Assembly (NCBI RefSeq): GCF_009914755.1
Contig: NC_060938.1
Reading direction: 5' to 3' (one strand)
From: the human T2T-CHM13v2.0 reference genome, Homo sapiens
Length of the DNA: 64,000 nt
A program made the position numbers and the translations under genes. The stretch's first letter is position 1. Every line of letters starts with the position of its first letter. The notes beneath the pieces are model-generated. The model was not told the origin of the DNA. It worked only from the letters and a program-made list of their open reading frames with translations, and did no database searches. This document shows positions 58,393 through 64,000 of this stretch, piece after piece.

Positions 58393-58515
58393 AAAAGTAA
58401 ATTCCAAAATTTCTATATCACATTACAAATTCACATGCCACCCATGAAGAACACATTTGCAAAATAAATGATGTCTTGAGACGAAATGAGTTTTCAATGA
58501 AGATTTTAGAGACTC

Positions 58516-58816
58516 TTTATTTTTATTTTTATTTTTTAGACAGAGTCTCACTCTGTCACCCTGGCTGTAGTGCAGTGGCGCAATCTTGGCTCACCACAAC
58601 CTCCGCCTCCCGGGTTCAAGCAATTCTCTGCCTCGGCCTCCCGAGCAGATGAGATTACAGGAACCCTTCACCTTGTCCGGCTAATTTTTGTATTTTTAGT
58701 AGACACAGGTTTCACCTTCTTGGCCAGGCTGGTCTTGACCTCCTGACCTCAGGTAATCCCCCCACCTCGGCCTCCCAGGGTGCTAGGATTACAGATGTGA
58801 GCCACCGTGCCTGGCC
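58516..58816 (-). mobile_element. Alu
   Basis: Antisense Alu. Confidence 0.93.
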
Positions 58817-59184
58817 GAGACTTTTTAATACATGCTTTGGTTCTAATAAAGTTCCCCATTGAGCTGTTTGGACAGATGACAGGGAAGAAATCATTTACAA
58901 TTCTCTTAACAAAACCCCCATAAATAATAACCCATTTCCCCCCAAATAGAAAAGGGAACTATTTCACCCTGCTCTTTGAGGAAATTGAATAAATAGTAAA
59001 TGAAGTTCTGTCTGTACAGGAAGTGTGGGTACTTGGCATTACATCTAGACAAGTAAAGACACAAGTGTTTTCTTCCAAATGAATGACATGTTTAAAAACC
59101 GTCATCACCACCCTCTCTGTGATTACAAGTTTTGAGTGCCTTTTAACCACTGGGTGCTAGAAGCAAATTTCCATGTGAACACAC

Positions 59185-59490
59185 CCTCCTTCTTCTTCTC
59201 CTCCTGCTCCTCCCGCTCCTCCTCCTCCTTCTTTTCTCCTTCTCCTTCTTCTTCTTCCTCTTCTTCCTCTTCCTCCTCTCCTTCTCCTTCTTCTCCCTCT
59301 TCTCCCTCTTCCTCTTCTTCCTCCTCTCCTTCTCCTTCTTCTTTTTCCCCTTCCCCTACCCCTTCCTCCTCCTTCTCCTCCTCCTCCTTCTCCTCCTCCT
59401 CCTCCTCCTCCTCTTCTTCTTCTTCTTCTTCTTTTTCTTCTTCTTCTTCTCCTTCTCCTTCTCCTCCTTCTCCTTCTCCTTCTTCACTTC
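59185..59490. repeat. Polypyrimidine (CCT/CTT)n tract
   Basis: About 300 bp, almost purely C/T. Confidence 0.96.
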
Positions 59491-59930
59491 AAGTTATGGT
59501 ATACATTTGCAGAACGTGCAGGTTTGTTACATAGGTATACATGCGCTATGGTGGTTTGCTGCACCTATCAACCCATCATCTAGGTTTTAAGCCCTGCCTG
59601 CATTATGTATTTGTCCTAATGCTGTCCCTCCCCTTTCCCCCAACCCCCAGACAGGCCCCAGTGTGTTATGTTCCCCTCTCTGTGTCCATGTGTTCTCATT
59701 GTTCAACTCCCTCTTATGAGTGAGAACATGCGGTGTTTGGTTTTCTGTTCCTGTGTTAGTTTTCTGAGAATGATGGCTTCCAGCTTCATGCATGTCCCTG
59801 CAAAGGACATGAATGCATCCCTTTTTATGGCTGCATAGTATTCCATGGTGTCTATGTGCCACATTTTCTTTATTCAGTTTATCACTGATGGGCATTTGGG
59901 TTGGTTCCAAGTCTTTGCTGTTGTGAATAG
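59490..59930 (-). mobile_element. L1PA (PA8-PA10-like) 3' end, antisense
   Basis: gcagaacgtgcaggtttgttacataggtatacatg...gtgagaacatgcggtgtttggttttctg...ttggttccaagtctttgct. Confidence 0.92.
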
Positions 59931-60133
59931 GAGCACATCCTCCTGATTCAACAATGAGATCATCGTCCACTGTTCTGTTCAGGAGTACAGAAAGGTCCCA
60001 GGCTGCTAAGACAATCTCGAATTCTCTCAACACCCCACAGCTTGTCAATACTGGAGGTATTCTGGTGATTTTTTTTTTTTGGAAAGTGGCTATTTATATA
60101 TCACAAGGTTTCTTGATTACAAAAGCAGTCAAC

Positions 60134-60684
<551 letters not shown>

Positions 60685-60886
60685 CTACCTACCTGCTCTC
60701 TTTCCCCATTCCTGTTACATAGATTACTTCTTACCTCCCCAGGTACCCTGGAAGGTCAGGGTCTTCCCTTCTTCCTTCTATTTAAATAAAACAATATGAG
60801 AAAACTGGTTGACAGGTGGTTCCAAGCATCAGTGGGGTGAAAAAACAATATTCTTCGTGATGTGGGTAACACCAGGAAAAAAAAAT

Positions 60887-61891
<1,005 letters not shown>

Positions 61892-61894
61892 GTG

Positions 61895-62024
61895 TTTTTG
61901 TTTGTTTGTTTGTTTGTTTGTTTTTGTTGTGTTTGTATGTTTGTTTGAGATGGAGTCTCTGCCTTTGTTGCTCAGGCCAGAGTACAGTGGTGCAATCTTG
62001 GCTCACTGCAACCTCCACCTCCCA
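61895..62024 (-). mobile_element. Alu fragment with (TTTG)n tail
   Basis: Right-arm 3' part only. Confidence 0.88.
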
Positions 62025-62070
62025 GAAAAAGAAAGCAAATACGGCAAACAGCATCAGCTTTTTAGAAGAA

Positions 62071-63260
62071 GCTGGAGCTTCTGGTGGGTGGACCATGCTG
62101 GAGCTTCTGGTGGGTGGGCGATGCTGGAGCTTCTGGTGGGTGGACCATGCTGGAGCTTCTGGTGGGTGGGCGATGCTGGAGCTTCTGGTGGGTGGACGAT
62201 GCTGAATCTTCTGGTGGGTGGACCATGGTGGAGCTTCTGGTGGATAAATAATGCTGGAGCTTCTGGTGAGTAGACCATGGTGGAGCTTCTGGTGGATAAA
62301 TTATGCTGGAGCTTCTCATGGGTAAATCATGCTGGAGCTTCTGGTAGGTGGACCATGCTGGAGCTTCTGGTGGGTGGACCATGCTGGGGCTTCTGGTGGG
62401 TGAACCATACTGGAGCTTCTGGTGGATAAATTATGCTGGAGCTTCTCATGGGTAAATCATGCTGGAGCTTCTGGTAGGTGGACCATGCTGGAGCTTCTGG
62501 TGGGTGGACCATGCTGGGGCTTCTGGTGGGTGAACCATACTGGAGCTTCTGGTAGGTGGGCCATGGTGGAGCTTCTGGTGGGTAGACCATGGTGGAGCTT
62601 CTGGTGGATGGACCATGCTGAGCTTCTGGTGAGTGAAGCATGCTGGAGTTTCTGGTAGGTGGACCATGGTGGAGCTTCTGGTGGGTGGAGCATGCTGGAG
62701 CTTCTGGTGGGGTAAATCATGCTGGAGCTTCTGGTGGGTAAATCATGCTGGAGGTTCTGGTGAGTAGACCATGGTGGAGCTTCTGGTGGATAAATTATGC
62801 TGGAGCTTCTCGTGGGTAAATCATGCTGGAGTTTCTGGTGGGTGGACCATGCTGGAGCTTCTCATGGGTAAATCATGCTGGAACTTCTGGTGGGTGGAAC
62901 ATGCTGGAGCTTCTGGTGGGTGGACCATGCTGGAGCTTCTGGTGGGTGGACCATGGTGGAGCTTCTGGTGGGTAAATTATGCTGGAGCTTCTGGTGGGTG
63001 GACCATGTTGGAGCCTCTGGTGGGTGGATCATGCTGAAGCTTCTGGTGGGTAAATCATGCTGGAACCTCTGGTGGGTAAATCATGCTGGAGCTTCTGGTG
63101 GGTAAATTATGTTGGAGCCTCTGGTGGGTAAATCATGCTGAAGCTTCTGGTGGGTAAATCATGCTAGAGCCTCTGGTGGGTAAATCATGCTGGAGCCTCT
63201 GGTGGGTAAATCATGCTGGAGCCTCTGGTGGGTAAATCATACTGGAGCCTCTGGTGGGTG
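62071..63260. repeat. 26-bp VNTR, about 45 copies
   Basis: Consensus atgctggagcttctggtgggtggacc, with variant ...gggtaaatc. Confidence 0.96.
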
Positions 63261-63491
63261 GGGTATCCACACACCTGTGGGTGCCCATTGATAGTGGGGA
63301 CTTCACCCCATGTCCCAGAATCCTGCAAGGAGGCCACACCCCCCATACATTCTTTACAGTAAGTTAATACGTCCACAGCACGCTGTGCGTTTCCCCAAAA
63401 ATGACATCGGCCAATTACACTTTCAAATCACATGCCTTCCCGATGGGCAAAACTGGAAATGTGAACACACTTTAATCCTCAGATAATGTAA

Positions 63492-64000
<509 letters not shown>

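Noticed and set aside
59136-59534. Poly-Ser ORF of 132 aa
   Set aside because: Translation of the CT tract.

Overview
Primate (almost certainly human) repeat-rich genomic DNA with no intact protein-coding gene. The only recognisable coding sequence is one 163-bp minus-strand exon (4826-4988) matching KMT2C/MLL3 exon 7 (extended PHD1). It carries Phe and Ser where KMT2C has Leu291 and Thr316, and its alternative frame reads like the BAGE2/3 C-terminus. This points to one of the pericentromeric KMT2C partial-duplication (KMT2CP/BAGE-type) paralogs rather than the chr7 gene. The window looks like a segmental-duplication mosaic. An AT-rich intron-like block (1 to about 43.7 kb) is full of Alus, old L1, MaLR and DNA transposons and holds a ~665-bp (CCA)n array. 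A GC-richer block (about 44-51 kb) contains a candidate non-coding exon. A tandem-repeat-dense block (51-64 kb) has GA and GATA arrays, an LTR-derived 49-bp minisatellite, a 26-bp VNTR and two short local duplications. Nearly all listed ORFs are Alu, L1 or simple-repeat artefacts. I see no evidence of a wholly new biological system. The best leads are the orphan dual-frame exon with a possible new 5' partner, the templated insertion inside an Alu, and the minisatellite born from an LTR end. Repeat subfamily names and KMT2C/BAGE comparisons are from memory, not database searches, and repeat boundaries are approximate.
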